Shown piece by piece: positions 31,290-49,315 of a stretch of 64,000 nucleotides of DNA. The notes under the pieces were generated by a model, which worked only from the letters and a program-made list of their open reading frames with translations, was not told where the DNA came from and did not search any database. Source of the stretch: the human T2T-CHM13v2.0 reference genome, Homo sapiens. The position numbers and the translations under genes are program-made. Numbering within the stretch: the stretch's first letter is position 1; every line of letters begins with the position of its first letter. The stretch lies in assembly GCF_009914755.1 (NCBI RefSeq), contig NC_060940.1; one strand, written 5' to 3'.

Positions 31290-31600
31290 ATGCTCTTTGG
31301 TCCAGCAATCCCACTTTGAAAAATCTCACACAGAAATGCTCACACTTGCACTGACATAACATAAAAATGTCCATGGCAGAGCTTGCAACACCGGTATGGG
31401 AAGGGATTACAGTATATGCATTCATGTGGGAGAATGAGTAGATTTTAGATGAATGAGGTGGATCCACATTCCTGACCTTGAAAGGTTCCTGAGTCATATT
31501 ATTTAGTGAAAAAGATAAAGTCACAGAATCAACATAGCCAGTATGATCCTATTTTTTTTTAAATGTAAATATGCATGAACATGGATAGTTAGGGAAGTGG
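31290..31600 (+). mobile_element. L1ME-type fragment
   Basis: tttggtccagcaatcccactt..atttagtgaaaaagataaagtcacag. Confidence 0.65.
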
Positions 31601-31708
31601 GGAATTACAGGGACCTAGATAGTATGTATGTATGAGAACATATTCCTGGGGGAAGAAGAAGAAAATAAATCTCCGCCAGCTTCCCATGCATTAAAAATGA
31701 GCAAAGTG

Positions 31709-31875
31709 GGCTGGCCACCTTGTCTCACGTCTGCGATCCCAGCACTTTGGGAGGCTGAGGCGGGAGAATCACTTGAGCCCAGGAGTTTGAGGCTGCAGTG
31801 AGTTGTGAGTGAGCCACTGCACTCCAACCTGGGCAACAAAGGGACACTGTAAATAATTAATCATAAGATAAAAAT
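31709..31875 (+). mobile_element. Alu monomer (FRAM-like)
   Basis: single arm ending cactgcactccaacctgggcaac. Confidence 0.75.
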
Positions 31876-32069
31876 TAAAATGAATAGAGCACAACCCACA
31901 GAGGTTGAGAGACTTGCTAACACCAGAAGTTGCCAGTGGTGAAATTCAGCTTTGAGTTTGCTGATAGTTACGGGGCCAAGAGACAGGAATCTGAGGCTCA
32001 TCTCAGCAGGTCAAGCCTCCTTCCTTACTGTGGGGAAATTCCTTCTCTGAGCACCTAGAGGGATCCTGG

Positions 32070-32320
32070 TGTCAGACTGACCTCACCTGAATCAGGCTTC
32101 CACCCACGTGATGACCTCAGGCCAGACACTTTAACTCTCAGTGCCTCATTTCTCTATCTTTAAAATAGCTAAAAGGCAAAGGAAAAAACATGAAAGCCAA
32201 AAAAAAAAAAAAAAGGTAGAAGGAGGAGGCAATAGTAGAACCTCTCTCATTGGGCCGCTGTGAGGATTACATAAAACCATGTGTTCCGACCCCCAGTACT
32301 TAGTAGGTGCTTAATTAACA
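32070..32320 (+). mobile_element. MIR
   Basis: tgacctcaggcca..ctctcagtgcctcatttc..gtgaggatta..tagtaggtgct. Confidence 0.7.
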
Positions 32321-32813
32321 CGAGCCCTGGTCTCTCCTGCCTTTTTCTCTGCTTGCCTGCTCCTTGCCAGGATGCAGAAGACAAAAGCCTCAGAAAGGAC
32401 AGTGGGGGCTCCTGAGGCCCCAAGAATGCTTAGCAGGCTGAATCAGTTGTCCTCACTTCTTCACTTTGCCCTCTGATCCACCATGACCACTCTGCTGCAG
32501 AAGCTTTTAACAGAAAGCCTGGGAGAGCATTCTGAGGGGGTCTGTGCTATAGCTCCTCCTCCCTGGGGTCTAACCATCCTTGCTTTATCTAGACACTCCA
32601 CACATTAAACTGTCTTGCCCGTTGCAGGGATGGGATGGCATCATGTGGCCTCTAATTACACATCCCTTCAATAATAAGATTGACTCTCCAAGGGCAAGTT
32701 TTCCTCCTCCTTCAAAAGCTATCTCACATTGCGTCTTTTACAGGTAGTCTTCCCCGACCCTCCCCCACCTCCAGCCAGGAAAACCATTTCTCCTCCTCCC
32801 AACTCCTGTCATC

Positions 32814-32891
32814 CACATCCTAGACTTCCTGGGTCTGCCACATCCTATTCTTCCTGGGTCCATCACATCCTAGATTTCTTGGGTCCATCAC
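32814..32891 (+). repeat. 25-bp minisatellite, about 3 copies
   Basis: cacatcctagacttcctgggtctgc / cacatcctattcttcctgggtccat / cacatcctagatttcttgggtccat. Confidence 0.85.
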
Positions 32892-33039
32892 TGTTTGCTG
32901 GATTTCTTCCCAATCCATAATTGCCTGGAAGCAGCCATCACATCCATCACATTTATTCTTGTGTCTTAAATGCATAGCACACTTCCCTATGCACACAGTA
33001 GATATACAAGGAGCATTGACTGAATGCAGAAAAGTATTT

Positions 33040-33965
<926 letters not shown>

Positions 33966-34107
33966 AGTTCTTTATATAAATAAATGTTTCTTTGTGTCAC
34001 TATTTCTTCATCCACTTAAATATTTGCTCAGCTCCTGTAGGTCACACACTATCTTGTGATCCTGGGAATACCACCAGTTCCTGCCTATCAGGAACTCACA
34101 GTCTACT

Positions 34108-34793
<686 letters not shown>

Positions 34794-34855
34794 GTTAGAG
34801 GCTAAGACAGCCGTGTATATCTATAATTTCAATCAGATTGCTTGTGCCTAACAGG

Positions 34856-34858
<3 letters not shown>

Positions 34859-34910
<52 letters not shown>
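34859..34910 (+). repeat. (CA)26 microsatellite
   Basis: 52-bp pure CA run. Confidence 0.98.
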
Positions 34911-34912
<2 letters not shown>

Positions 34913-35454
34913 AGGCATTCAGGATGTATTTGTTGGATGTTGGATGGCTGGGGGTGTAGATGGATGCATGGATGGACAGACACAACCCCTTTGTTGGTTG
35001 GCTAGATTGATGGATACATGTGTGAATGAATGGATGAATAAATGAATCCAATTTACAAATTCCACTGTGGGAAAACAGAATGCCATTCTTCCAACCAGAG
35101 TAGCCTGCCCCTTTATCTCTGTCTAGCACAGTGTTTTTCAAACTTTAGCATCAGAATCCCCTCAAGAGCTTGTTAAAACACAGATTGATGCCCCTGCCCA
35201 CCAGAATTATGATTTAGTAGAATCACCGGCGGGCAGAATGCTCCCAACTCTATTTCCATGTTCTCTAGGAATCCTGGACCAGCCCCCGACCCCGCCAACC
35301 TTGTCCTTGTCCAGAGGTCCCGTAATCTTCACTGCCAGCATCTCCCATTTAGGTGCTAACATCTATTATCTTGGATATTGGCAACTTGCCAGCACTCTGT
35401 CCCTGGGCTGCACTGAGAATTCCTTCAAAGGTGGGACCCACTGTATTCTAGTAC

Positions 35455-35616
35455 CTTACTACTGAAAGTGTGGTCCAGCGGCCAGCAGCATTGCATCATC
35501 TAGGAGCTAGCTAGAAATGCAGAATCTTGGGCCCCACCCAGAACTACAGAATGTGAATCTGCGTTTTAACAATATTCCCTGGGGTGATTTGTGTGCACTT
35601 TTAAGTTTGAGAAGCG
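35455..35616. mobile_element. MER5A (another fragment at about 35128-35222)
   Basis: aaagtgtggtcc..ccagcagcat..tagaaatgcagaatct..aagtttgagaagc. Confidence 0.85.
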
Positions 35617-35933
35617 TATTTTAGACAGATCTGTAAACCCCACACTCAGAGCTAAGCTAGGGATAGCTTTGCTGATAAGTTACATTGACAGCATCTGTTA
35701 CCATGTAATTGGTGCCTGAGCTGAAGCATCTTTCAGGCATTACTGGCCATTTGTACCTTTGCCTGACGTTATCTCTTGAAATGTCTACACTGGCCTCGCT
35801 TTACCCATGGGAAACCAGAAGCCCAGAGGAGCAGTGCCTTGCCCAAGGTCACACGATGACCATGAAAGCAGAGTGGAGATCACTCTCCACTCCTTAAAGG
35901 GAATGGGATCAAGAGGATTGAAATGCTGTATCC

Positions 35934-36231
35934 ACTGAGCAGGGCGGCACATGCCTGTAGTCCCAGCTACTCGGGAGGCTGAGGCAAGAGGATTGCTTGA
36001 ACCCAGGAGTTCTGGGCCGTACTGTACTATACCAGTCAGGTGTCTGCATTAGTTCGGCATCAATATGGTGACCTCCTGGGAGTGGAGGACCACCAGCTTG
36101 CCTAAGAAGGGGTGAACCAGCCCAGGTCAGAAACAGAGCAGGTCAAAACTCCTGTGCTGATCGGTAGTGGAATTATGCCTGTAAATAGCTACTGCACTCC
36201 AGCCTGGGCAACATAGTGGAACCCTGTTTCT
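35934..36231 (+). pseudogene. 7SL (SRP RNA) processed pseudogene, full length
   Basis: contains the S domain absent from Alu (ttcggcatcaatatggtgacctcc..ttgcctaagaaggggtgaacc..gagcaggtcaaaactc); A tail; TSD tgaaatgctg. Confidence 0.95.
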
Positions 36232-36973
36232 AAAAAAAAAAAAAAAGAGAGAGAGAGAGAGAAAAGAACTGAAATGCTGCAATGATACTGAAAATATGGG
36301 GTGCAGGGGGAGCATTCTGAAGCTACTTAGGTCTGTCCTCTGAAACTGGAGAAAGGGGAGATGACTTGAAAGTGATGCAAGAACAATAACTTAAGTTGTA
36401 TTCTTTTGCTCATCCAACCAGTGTTTATTGGGTACTTACTAGACTCCAGGAATGGTTGTCTGGTATCGATAGTATTGAACAAGGAAAGCCAGGCCTCCCT
36501 TTCGGTGGCTTATCTGGAGTGGACAGACGTAGCCATCTGGCATTCATTCATTTGTCAATGAGTGTGTTCATTGATTGCATGATTTCCATGTGCTGTGTAC
36601 AGTAGTAGGGGTGTGTGCGTGTCTATGTGTCTGTGTGTGTGAGAGAGACAGAGAGAGAGAGAGATGGAGGGAGAGACAAAGACTCAGCTACTACACCAGC
36701 GCCTCTTCTAGACTAGCCATGCGGAAACACGCCCCAAAACAAGGACCACACAGTGAGGAGAGTGCCGAAGGTGTGTGGGAGTGAATACAGGTTCAAGCTC
36801 AAAGTAAAAAGAGGTTACCACTCCCTGTTCCTGGGGATTCTAGGGAAGAAATTTCAGGAGGAAAAGGCAGAAAAGAAGAGAAAGAGACTCTGTGCAGGGA
36901 GAGCATCATGAAGAGGCCCAGAGAGTTCATAGGAAGCCGTTCCAAGAAAATCGCAGGGGAAAAAGGAAGGATA

Positions 36974-37420
36974 GACCGCGTATGGTGGCTCGCACCTGCA
37001 ATCCCAGCGCTTTGAGAGGCCGAGGTGGGTGGATCACTTGAACCCAGGAGTTCAAGACCAGCCTGGCCAACATGGCCAAACCCCGCCTCTACAAAAAATA
37101 CTAAAATTAGCCGGGCATGGTGATGCATGCTTGTAGTCCCAACTACTCAGGAAGCTGAGGCAGGAAGATTACTTGAGCCCAGGAGTTTGAGACCAGCCTG
37201 GGCAACATAGCAAGACCCCTCAAGACCCCTTCTCTACAAAAAATTTTAAAAATTAGCCAGGTGTGGTAATGTGCACCTGTAGTCCCAGCTACTCAGGAGG
37301 CTGAGGCAGGAGGGTCGCTTGAGTCAAGGAGGCCGAGCCAGGCTGCACTGAGCCATAATCATGCCACTGCACTCCAGCGTGGGCAACAGAGTGAGATCCT
37401 GTCTCAAAAAAAAAAAAAAA
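36974..37420 (+). mobile_element. Three-armed Alu (left / hybrid / right)
   Basis: two A-rich linkers; the middle arm starts like a right arm and ends like a left arm. Confidence 0.85.
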
Positions 37421-37684
37421 AGGTGGAGGGTAAAATCATGAATCTCATACAGATACAAAAACACTCAATGATTTTATTAGGCTCATTCAATGAGGGAACC
37501 AGGCAGACATTAGAACCAGTTCAAAGGAAAAGTCAAATAAAGCACAAATATGTAAAGAGTAAAGGGAGGTCTAAATAGATTCAAAACAGAGGCAAACATG
37601 GTTGGACAAGGCAGAATTTGCTTGTCTATCAGTTTTCTACAACTTACAAAGGAGTCAGCAAAGTAGTTTGAAAATAATGAACAA

Positions 37685-38528
<844 letters not shown>

Positions 38529-39947
38529 TCAGAGACCCATAGGGAACCATGGAAGAGATTAAAGCAAGGCAGTGATGTGATTTTTTTATCACTTGAGAAA
38601 GATCCTCCTGGAAGCTGAATGGCGAGTAGACAGACACCTTCTCCCACTAGCCTTTGAGCTCAGATTTCCTTAGGGAAACAGCCAATCCCAGGGGCAGATT
38701 GCTGACCTTCCTGCAAAAGGTTTTAGAACGTGGAAGCTCCTTCAGGGCAAGGTTGGCTGAACACCAGCCAAAAGAGCAAGGCACCACCCCGGCAGGACAG
38801 GGCTGTTTTGTGCACGGGAACAAAGCCTGCCTCCTCTCTCTGCCCAGAGCTGTAAATAGCACTCTGCTGGCTTCGCAGGCTGAGCGCCGGTCTGGGGACA
38901 GGCTGAAAATGCACACACCAAGGAGCATTTGTGCAAATGAATGCCTGCATGCAAATTTGCATGCCTGGCGTCCTGCCCCAGCCCTAAGTGTCCAGTCCTG
39001 CAAGGGGCTGGAAGCAGGGCTCAAAAAAGAGCCACACACAGAAGAGTGTGGACATTCTGACCTGGGGACAGGTTCCAGGAGGGATTCAGAGGCAGGCTGG
39101 CAGGGTGAGTGGGAGAAAACATGCAGAGAACCCTGGACAGAGTTTTGGCTCCAGCTTTACCCATGATAATGACAATGACCCATGAGTAGTAGCCACTCAC
39201 ATTGGCTGTGTATTTGTGTGTAGTTGCTCACCTTGTCGCTCACAACAGCCCTATGAGGAAAGGCTGATCAGATTTCAGAGACAGGAAATGGAAACTCAGA
39301 AAGGATGACTGACTCGCCCAGGGTCTCCTACTGAAGGGAGCATTTCTAGTGAGAAACCGAGGCTTGAAGACTCTGGAGCCCTGGTGTCTAGGACTGACCC
39401 ACATGGACGCCTCTGCATATGCCCACTGCTGGCTCTGACCTCAGTTTACTCCTCCATCAAAGGGTGCAATAATGTCTTTGCACCTAATGATCACAGCAGA
39501 GTTTGGGAAATGAACTACCCCTGCAAATGAGAAAGACTTGAAAAGTCATCAATGCTGAATATGAACTGATGGTATGTGGAGAAAGTCTGAAAGTGCTTTC
39601 CTTAGCCCCAGAGACAGGGTGTGGAGTGCAAGGCCAACCTTGTTTGTACTCAGGGGCTTTGGAAGTGCAGAGTGGCCTTGGATGGGTGGAGGTGAAGGCA
39701 TGCTGAAGCTTGCTGAACCACTCCCGGATCATAGGTGAGCCAGGTTGGGTCTAGTCTGTTTTTTTTCCCTTGAGAGGAAGAGATGGTGGGTGCATTGTGG
39801 AGAGAGAGGGAAACAGTGACCCTGAGGTGGGGACGCACATCTGGACGCAAAGTGTTTGCCGAGAGCACTTGGCCGCCTGCCCTCCCACGGAGCAGGTGCT
39901 AGTCTTGGGTCCCGCTCTTCCGGGTTCTTCAGAAGCTGAGCTCCGGT

Positions 39948-40300
<353 letters not shown>

Positions 40301-40582
40301 TCAGATCATTTGCGGGTCATCCATCAGGTCCCACGTGGTGCATCCCCTGAAAGGCCTGTGGTGGGGCTTGGGCTGAGGCCTGTGTCTTAGACCTGTGAGA
40401 TCAGGGGAAAGTCCTGAGTCTGGAAAGCAGCTGTGCTGCTGGCTCCCTGAGTGCCCGGGAGCCAGTGATTTCTGTCCAGGCCTCAGTTTCCTCACCTGTA
40501 AAATGGCAACAACAAAACTACCTTTTGAAACATTATATGAATGGTTGTTAAATTGGAAAACTGGATGATAAGAGTTGAATGC

Positions 40583-40875
40583 TCTTTTTTTTTTTTAAGA
40601 GACAGGGGTCTCACTCTGTTGCTCAAGCTGGAGTGCACTGGCACCATCGTAGCTTACTGCAGCCTCGGCCTCTAGGCTCAAGGGATCCTCCTGCCTCAGC
40701 CTCCCCAGTAGCTGGAACTATAGGCCCGTTCCCTGCCCCGCTATTTTACTTATTTTTTATTTTTTTTTGTAGAGGCAAGGTCTTGCTATGTTGCCAAGGC
40801 TGGTCTCAAACTCCTGGCCTCAAGCAATCCTCCCAAAGTGCTGGGATTATAGGCATGAGCCACCGCACCCGGCCA
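40583..40875 (-). mobile_element. AluJ
   Basis: TSD agttgaatgct. Confidence 0.9.
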
Positions 40876-41179
40876 AAAGTTGAATGCTTCCTACCTACAA
40901 GACACTGGGTAACACTGGGTACTACTTGGACTATCTCATTTTTAACCTCTTAGTAAGGTGGGAAAGGTCTTCTTCTTTTAAGCTTCTTCACCAAGGTCAC
41001 AGAGGTAGCAAGAAGTTGAAACAGGACTTGAACTAGGATCTGCCTGGCTCCAAAACCTAAGTGTCCAAACATGGGGTTATTGGAGGACCTCCCAGGGCCA
41101 GGGACTTAGAAGCCCTCCTCCTTCCCTTCCTGTACCTTTATTCCTCAAGTCTGTATAGACTTACTCTGTTTTTTTAACA

Positions 41180-42080
<901 letters not shown>

Positions 42081-42129
42081 ATAGGCATTGCCTCGTTGCC
42101 CTCTAAAGAGACTGCACCAATCAAGACTT

Positions 42130-42640
42130 ACTAACAATTTGACAAAAATGTATTGGGCTTCCAGTACAGTGCCAGATGGTATCATGATGGGAATTCAAGT
42201 CTAATCATATGCACAACTTCTACCTTAAAGTGTATAGTCTTATAAGTGACAAGACATGAACCAAATAATTCCACAAATAGAGGTAACATATGAATGTGAT
42301 GGGGCCACAAAGGGGAGCCGTGTAGGATTCTGTGCTAAAAGGAAGATTTGATCTGGTGGGAGAGGTTCAGGGAAGTCTTCTCTGAGAAAGTGAGTCATGA
42401 ACTGATATCAGAAGTGTGAGTAGAACTGAAGGAATCAGAAGCAAGGGAAAAGCATTTTGGGTGGTGGGAACAGCATCTGCAAAGACTGAGTAGAAGCCTT
42501 CCCAGGACAAACAGTAGATCCTCGTGGCCAAACCCAGAGTCAGGAAGGTGCTATGCACAGAAATTGGAATGGTGATAGGGACCAGACCTCAAGGCCTTTA
42601 AACTACATTCAACAGCTGGTTTTTATACCTAGAACAACTA
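42130..42640 (-). mobile_element. L2
   Basis: tcagggaagtcttctctgagaaagtgag..gggaacagcatctgcaaag. Confidence 0.7.
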
Positions 42641-44089
42641 TCCTAAGAACAATAACAAGAGTCACCTTGAATATTCCAGATTTAGGGTAGTTCCAAGAGC
42701 CTTTTCAGCACAACTAGGGTTGCTTCTTGGCAGGAGAAGAATGTGTATGGCAACCCCTGGAGTGACACATCAGTTTTATTAAGCTTCATCTCCCAGCTTC
42801 TGGCACTGAACATTTCATTTTTGCTAGCAGTGGAAGCAACAGTTTTACTGTGCAGTCAGCCCAGGTTCTGGCAGCAGCAGCATCTGCCTGGCACCATCTC
42901 AGGTCTGGAACTCTTTTCTCCCCAGCCTGGCGAGTGTCTTGCTTGCTGGAGTGTCCCTTAAGGTGGACCTGGTGCCAGCCGCAGTGCTGTGAACTTGAAC
43001 TGTTTCTCCTCATTCACCATCATCTCTACTCCTCACCCGTGGAGGCATGATTCCTACTCTATGGATAAGAACACAGAAGCTTAGAGAGCTTAAGTCACTT
43101 GCCTAAGACCACACACCTTCCAAAGGGCAAATATAAAAGTCTCCAACAATATATTTTTCTACATTTTTTGTGGTACTTTTTTCCTTTTCAAAATATAGAG
43201 TGAGTCATACTCATCAGGAATTTTACGTACAGAATGACAACATTTCTGGGGAGTAGGACAGGATTCTGAGATGTTTCCAATCTGTGCCTTGAGCGGATCC
43301 GATGATTTATCCAGATCTAAGACCCTCATCTCATTCTCGGCAGTGCCTTTTAAATTTGGCAGCCAACATGGGGTTTTGGTTCTTTCTGCACCAAGTGGAG
43401 TAATTAAGAAGGTTTTCATCAAGGTAAATATCTGCTGGGTTTCTATAGAATTGTGGGGAGGAAGTTGAATATACACCAGCACCCAAAATCTCATTAAATG
43501 GGTCTGCCCCTTGTTCCAGGACAGGAGAGCCAAACATAGCGGACAGGATTGATGTTGTTTTCATGAATGTAGGTGGCCGCTGTGTTCTCTGTGGGTTTTC
43601 AAGGTGGGAATTTGTTTGCAAATGAATGTATGAAGAAGCCAGGAGTTAACACTGCTTCAGGGAGGTTTTAGAGCTTGGGGGAAATAATGTTGTTTTAGAA
43701 TTTTTAGAATAAGTATTGGCAGTGTGTTGGGGGAAAAAAAAAAACCCTGAAAAATAGAATACAGATTTCAGTTAAGCTCTCCCTTCGTCAAACCACACTT
43801 GCCCATATTGGCACATAGCTTGATGCTACAGCCACACCTCCTCTGTTTATTATCTACTTAGTGCTTGGTAATATACTGTGTACTATGAGTACCCTCTCTG
43901 GGAACCCCACAATAACCCTTTGATGTGGTTTCAAACCCATTTTACAGATGAGGGGCTATTACAGAACTTGCACCAGGTCCTCAGAAACCAAGTGAGGGAG
44001 TTGGGATTTGAACCCCTTCACCTGAACACTTGCACCTGCCTGCAGTTAATACATCACATTGGAGCAGATAACCTGCCACATTTCCTGGA

Positions 44090-44607
44090 GAGCAGGGTTC
44101 TCTGCTGCAACTGTGCTCCCCAGGGAACTTTTTTTTTTTTCCAAGACAGACTCTCACTCTGTTGCCTAGGCTGGAGTGCAGTGGCACAATTTTGGCTCAC
44201 TGCAATCTCTGCCTCCTCGGTTCAAGCAATTCTCCTGCCTCAGCTTCCTGAGTAGCTGGAATTACAGTCGTGCACCACCACACTCGGCTACATTTTTGTA
44301 TTTTTAATAGAGAGGGGGTTTCGCCATGTTGGCCAGGCGGGTCTCAAACTCCTGATCTCAGGCGATCCTCTGGCCTCAGCCTCACAAAGGCTGGGATTAC
44401 AGGTGTGAGCCACCGCACCCAGTGCCAAGGGACTTTTGGCAAGGTCTGGAGATGCTTTTGGTTGTTACAACTGGTGGGGGAATGAAGAATGCTACTGGCA
44501 TCTGGTGGGCAGAGGCCAGGGATTCTGCTAACCATTCTAACTCCTCCCTCCGCAACAAAGAATTACCTGGCCCCAAAAGTCAATAGTGCTGAGGTTGCAA
44601 AACCCTG
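44090..44607 (+). mobile_element. MER20 interrupted by AluS (44130-44423, -)
   Basis: tttggcaaggtctggagatgcttttggttgttacaactg..caatagtgctgaggttgcaaaaccctg. Confidence 0.9.
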
Positions 44608-44781
44608 AATAAAAGAGCACAACTTCTATACCCCTTCCAGTGTTTTCACAGGAAGTTTCTGTTACGAACCACACCTGTTTTCAGTACCTTGTCCCTGGTG
44701 ACTGGTTCTTATCGGGCTTCTGAACTTTCCTTCCAGTAGAGTGGCAGGACCTGGGTTCCATGTTAGAGTCAGTAAAACGTG

Positions 44782-45100
44782 GGCCAGTCGCCGTGGGCTC
44801 ATGTCTGTAATCCCAGAACTTTGGGACGCCAAGGTGGGAGGATCACTTAAGGCCAGGAGTTAGAGACCAGTCTGGGCAACAAAGTAAGACTTTGTCCCTA
44901 CAGAAAATAAAAAAATTAGCCAGGCACTGTGGTTCATGCTTGTGGTCCCAGCTACCTGGGAGGCTGAGTTGGGAGGATAAGCCCAGGAAATCAAGGCTGC
45001 AGTGAGCTGTGATCACACCACTGCCCTCCAGCTTGGGCGACAAAGCAAGACCCTATCTCAAAAAAATACATTATAATTAATAAATAAGTAAATAAATAAA
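44782..45100 (+). mobile_element. AluJ
   Basis: dimer with (TAAA)n tail. Confidence 0.9.
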
Positions 45101-45472
45101 TAGAGTCCATAAAATGCTTTCGGCAACATGGCTAAGAAGGAGGCAGTTGAGCAGGTGAGGTTTGCCTCTTGGAAGCTGCATTCCAGGACATTTCCAGTAC
45201 TGCAGACTCATACCTTTTTTGCTAGGGGGATTGAGAGGAAAATCCCCCCAAAAGGGCCTGAAGCTCTTAGCACTTGCCATGTCATATTTTCTTCCTCCTG
45301 ATGGGAATGGAGCATGCTCACAAATTCACACCTTTGCTGCTGAACATGGTATGCCAAAGGTCACTGCACTCCGCTGGGCTAGCTATCTGCATTTCTATCT
45401 TGAAGGAGCAAGCAAACATGCAAATCTCTTGCCTTGCCCTTTGTGCGGGGGTTCGGCTACCTGGCTGACTGA

Positions 45473-45838
<366 letters not shown>

Positions 45839-45839
45839 T

Positions 45840-46134
45840 CCATGTGTAACTTTTGACTCCCCAAAAACTTTACTACTAATAGCATCCGGCTAACCTGAAG
45901 CCTACTAGTAACATAAACAGTTAATTACAAGATTAGCCTCTACGTATATTTTATGCATCCATGACATACCTAGCTTTTTCTTAAATTTTTTCAATGTTTC
46001 TAGGCTACACAGTTTGTCTTTGAGTTTTTCTAGTTGTCACAAATCTCCAAAAAAAATTCCAGTATATTTATTGAAAAAAATCCTCATATTAGTGGAGCCA
46101 TGCATTTCAAATCCATGTTATTGAAGGGAATACT
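45840..46134 (-). mobile_element. Tigger2-family (MER28-like) DNA transposon fragment
   Basis: taacttttgactccccaaaaactt..atatttattgaaaaaaatcc..ttcaaatccatgttattgaaggg. Confidence 0.75.
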
Positions 46135-46149
46135 CTTTTTAGGTCTTTT

Positions 46150-46452
<303 letters not shown>

Positions 46453-46519
46453 TGTTTTTAGGTCTTGAATTTGCTTGGAGGGTTTTATTTTGTTTCACTT
46501 TGCCCATTCTTTTAAGTAA

Positions 46520-47367
<848 letters not shown>

Positions 47368-48574
47368 TGAAAGATTTTGTTTTGAGGTTCTCAGTTGCCA
47401 TTGCCACTTTGCTGAAAAAAGGGGCTCAAATTCCAGTGGAGTGTGGAGTCAGTCATGATGGGTGCATTCCCAAGGCTGAGACATCCCTGGAGTAACTTTA
47501 GGTGTCTGTCCTGGGCTGTGTCCTGGCAGAGAAGGAAGCACGGGAGAAGGAAGGCAGGCCGCCGCATCCTAACACCTGAGTTCTGGTTTGGGACACACAG
47601 AGAACTCTGTGCTCCCGCCTACACTCTGCCTTCCCCGACTTCCTCCCCATTCCCGACGTTTCACTTGATTGTCAGGCCCAGCTGGCAGCATTCTGCTGGA
47701 GCCACTGGGCCAGCAAGCCTGAGAGGTGATGACCCTTTAGTACCTGGGGACAAGGGCATTTGACCTTGTCTGATCAGTGACTGTCCCTATGAGCTCAGTT
47801 CTTTGTTCTGGGTCTCGAGTCTGGAGAGCCCCAGCTTTGCTTGGGGACGTCCTTTGCAAGTAAGAGCAGCATGTCAAAGCTACGCGGTTTTGGGAGAAAG
47901 TGCTGAGTCTACAAGACATCTCCCCACTGGAGCTGGCATTGTGGGAGAGAGAGGAGAACTCTTCAGAGATTTCTGTTGAAAGACTGGAATGAGAAGCAGA
48001 TGGTTCATACTGGTTAAGAGGCCAGCGCCTTGCTGTAGTTTTAATTTCCTGCAGGATCCCAATGATTGTAAAGATTGTGTTTCTCCACCTCTGCAGAATC
48101 ACCCCTAAGCACTGCATTCATGATTCTGCAGAAAAACTAGGCAGCCAGACAGACCTGGTTCAAATCCCAACTGCCGCTTACTTGTGGCAAGAATAGGATG
48201 AGTTTTGCTCAACCTTATGTCAGCCTCAGCTTCTCAGTCTGCAAACTGGCACTACTCCACTACATCAGAAGACGTTTAAAAGCATCAGTGATGTCTGGAA
48301 ATCAGTTAGCATCGGGTGAGTGTAGATAAAGCCTAATCCACCACAGGGCCTTTCGGCTTTCTTTGCCTCCGTTTTCTCATCTGCTAAGTGGAAAGAAATT
48401 TTCCTTGCATTGGAGTGATGTTAAGTCTGAAAATACATAGCACTCGAAGTCAGTAGAGATACAGAGCAGTTTTCAGTGGAAACTGAACAGAGTGGTTTGA
48501 CTCCAGTACACCAGCTCAATGCCAGTTCTTGGGGCAGAGCAGTTGACCGGAGGGAGTGGATAATTAAACAATGC

Positions 48575-48760
48575 ACAGAACCTTAGAACCTGGGACTATG
48601 AGGGATCTCTGAGCTGATTGGGTCTAAACCAAGTCCCTTTGCCTGATGCTTAAAGCCTCTCTCCTGCATCTTAGACAAGAAGGCGTCCAGCCTCCAGAGT
48701 GGATCCCGCTCCAAGGCAAGGAGCTTTCTTAGTTATTGAGCCAAAATCCACCTTCGATTT
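48575..48760 (-). mobile_element. Ancient L3/CR1-like fragment
   Basis: cagaaccttagaac..gggtctaaacc..gtccagcct..ccaaggcaaggagct. Confidence 0.45.
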
Positions 48761-49023
48761 TGTAACTTATTGAAGATTGCAGCCATAGTACAGGACAGAG
48801 CTGGGACTCAAACCCAGGTCTGAGTGCACAGCCCATGACCCTAACACCTGGGCCCCATTACCTCTGTAATCCAAGGTTCCTACTGTTGCACTCCATTCTG
48901 TCCAGGACTCAGCACAGCACTGGGAACCCAGGAGGATTAAAGAAGGGCCAGGGTGACTGTGCAGGGGGACCCTGGGGAAGAAGGCTGACCTCTGGTCGGG
49001 AACTCTCAAAAATTTTGGGATCA

Positions 49024-49315
49024 GGCTAGGCGTGGTGGCTCACTCCTGTAATCCCAACACTTTGGGAGGCTGAGGCAGACGGATCACTTGAGGTCAGGTG
49101 TTCAAGACCAGCATGGCCAACATGATGAAGCCCTGTCTCTACTAAAAATACAAAAATTAGCCGTGGGTGGTGCACGCCTGTAATCCCAGCTACTCAGGAG
49201 GCTGAGACAGGAGAATCACTTGAAAGGAGGCAGAGGTTGCAGTGAGCCGAAGCTGTGGAGCCACTGTACTCCAGCCTGGGTGACACAGCGAGACTCTGTC
49301 TCAAAAAAAAATAAA
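49024..49315 (+). mobile_element. AluSx
   Basis: dimer. Confidence 0.92.

Noticed and set aside
38654-39166. 170-aa ORF in unique DNA
   Set aside because: TTG start, no recognisable homology, no convincing exon boundaries; better explained as regulatory sequence
43159-43621. Repeat-free stretch with ORFs of 124 and 96 aa (-), possible pseudogene or exon; also AP-1 TGAGTCA at 43201 and donor-like AAG|gtaaat
   Set aside because: No protein family recognised, and no polyA or TSD; would need BLASTX/PhyloCSF
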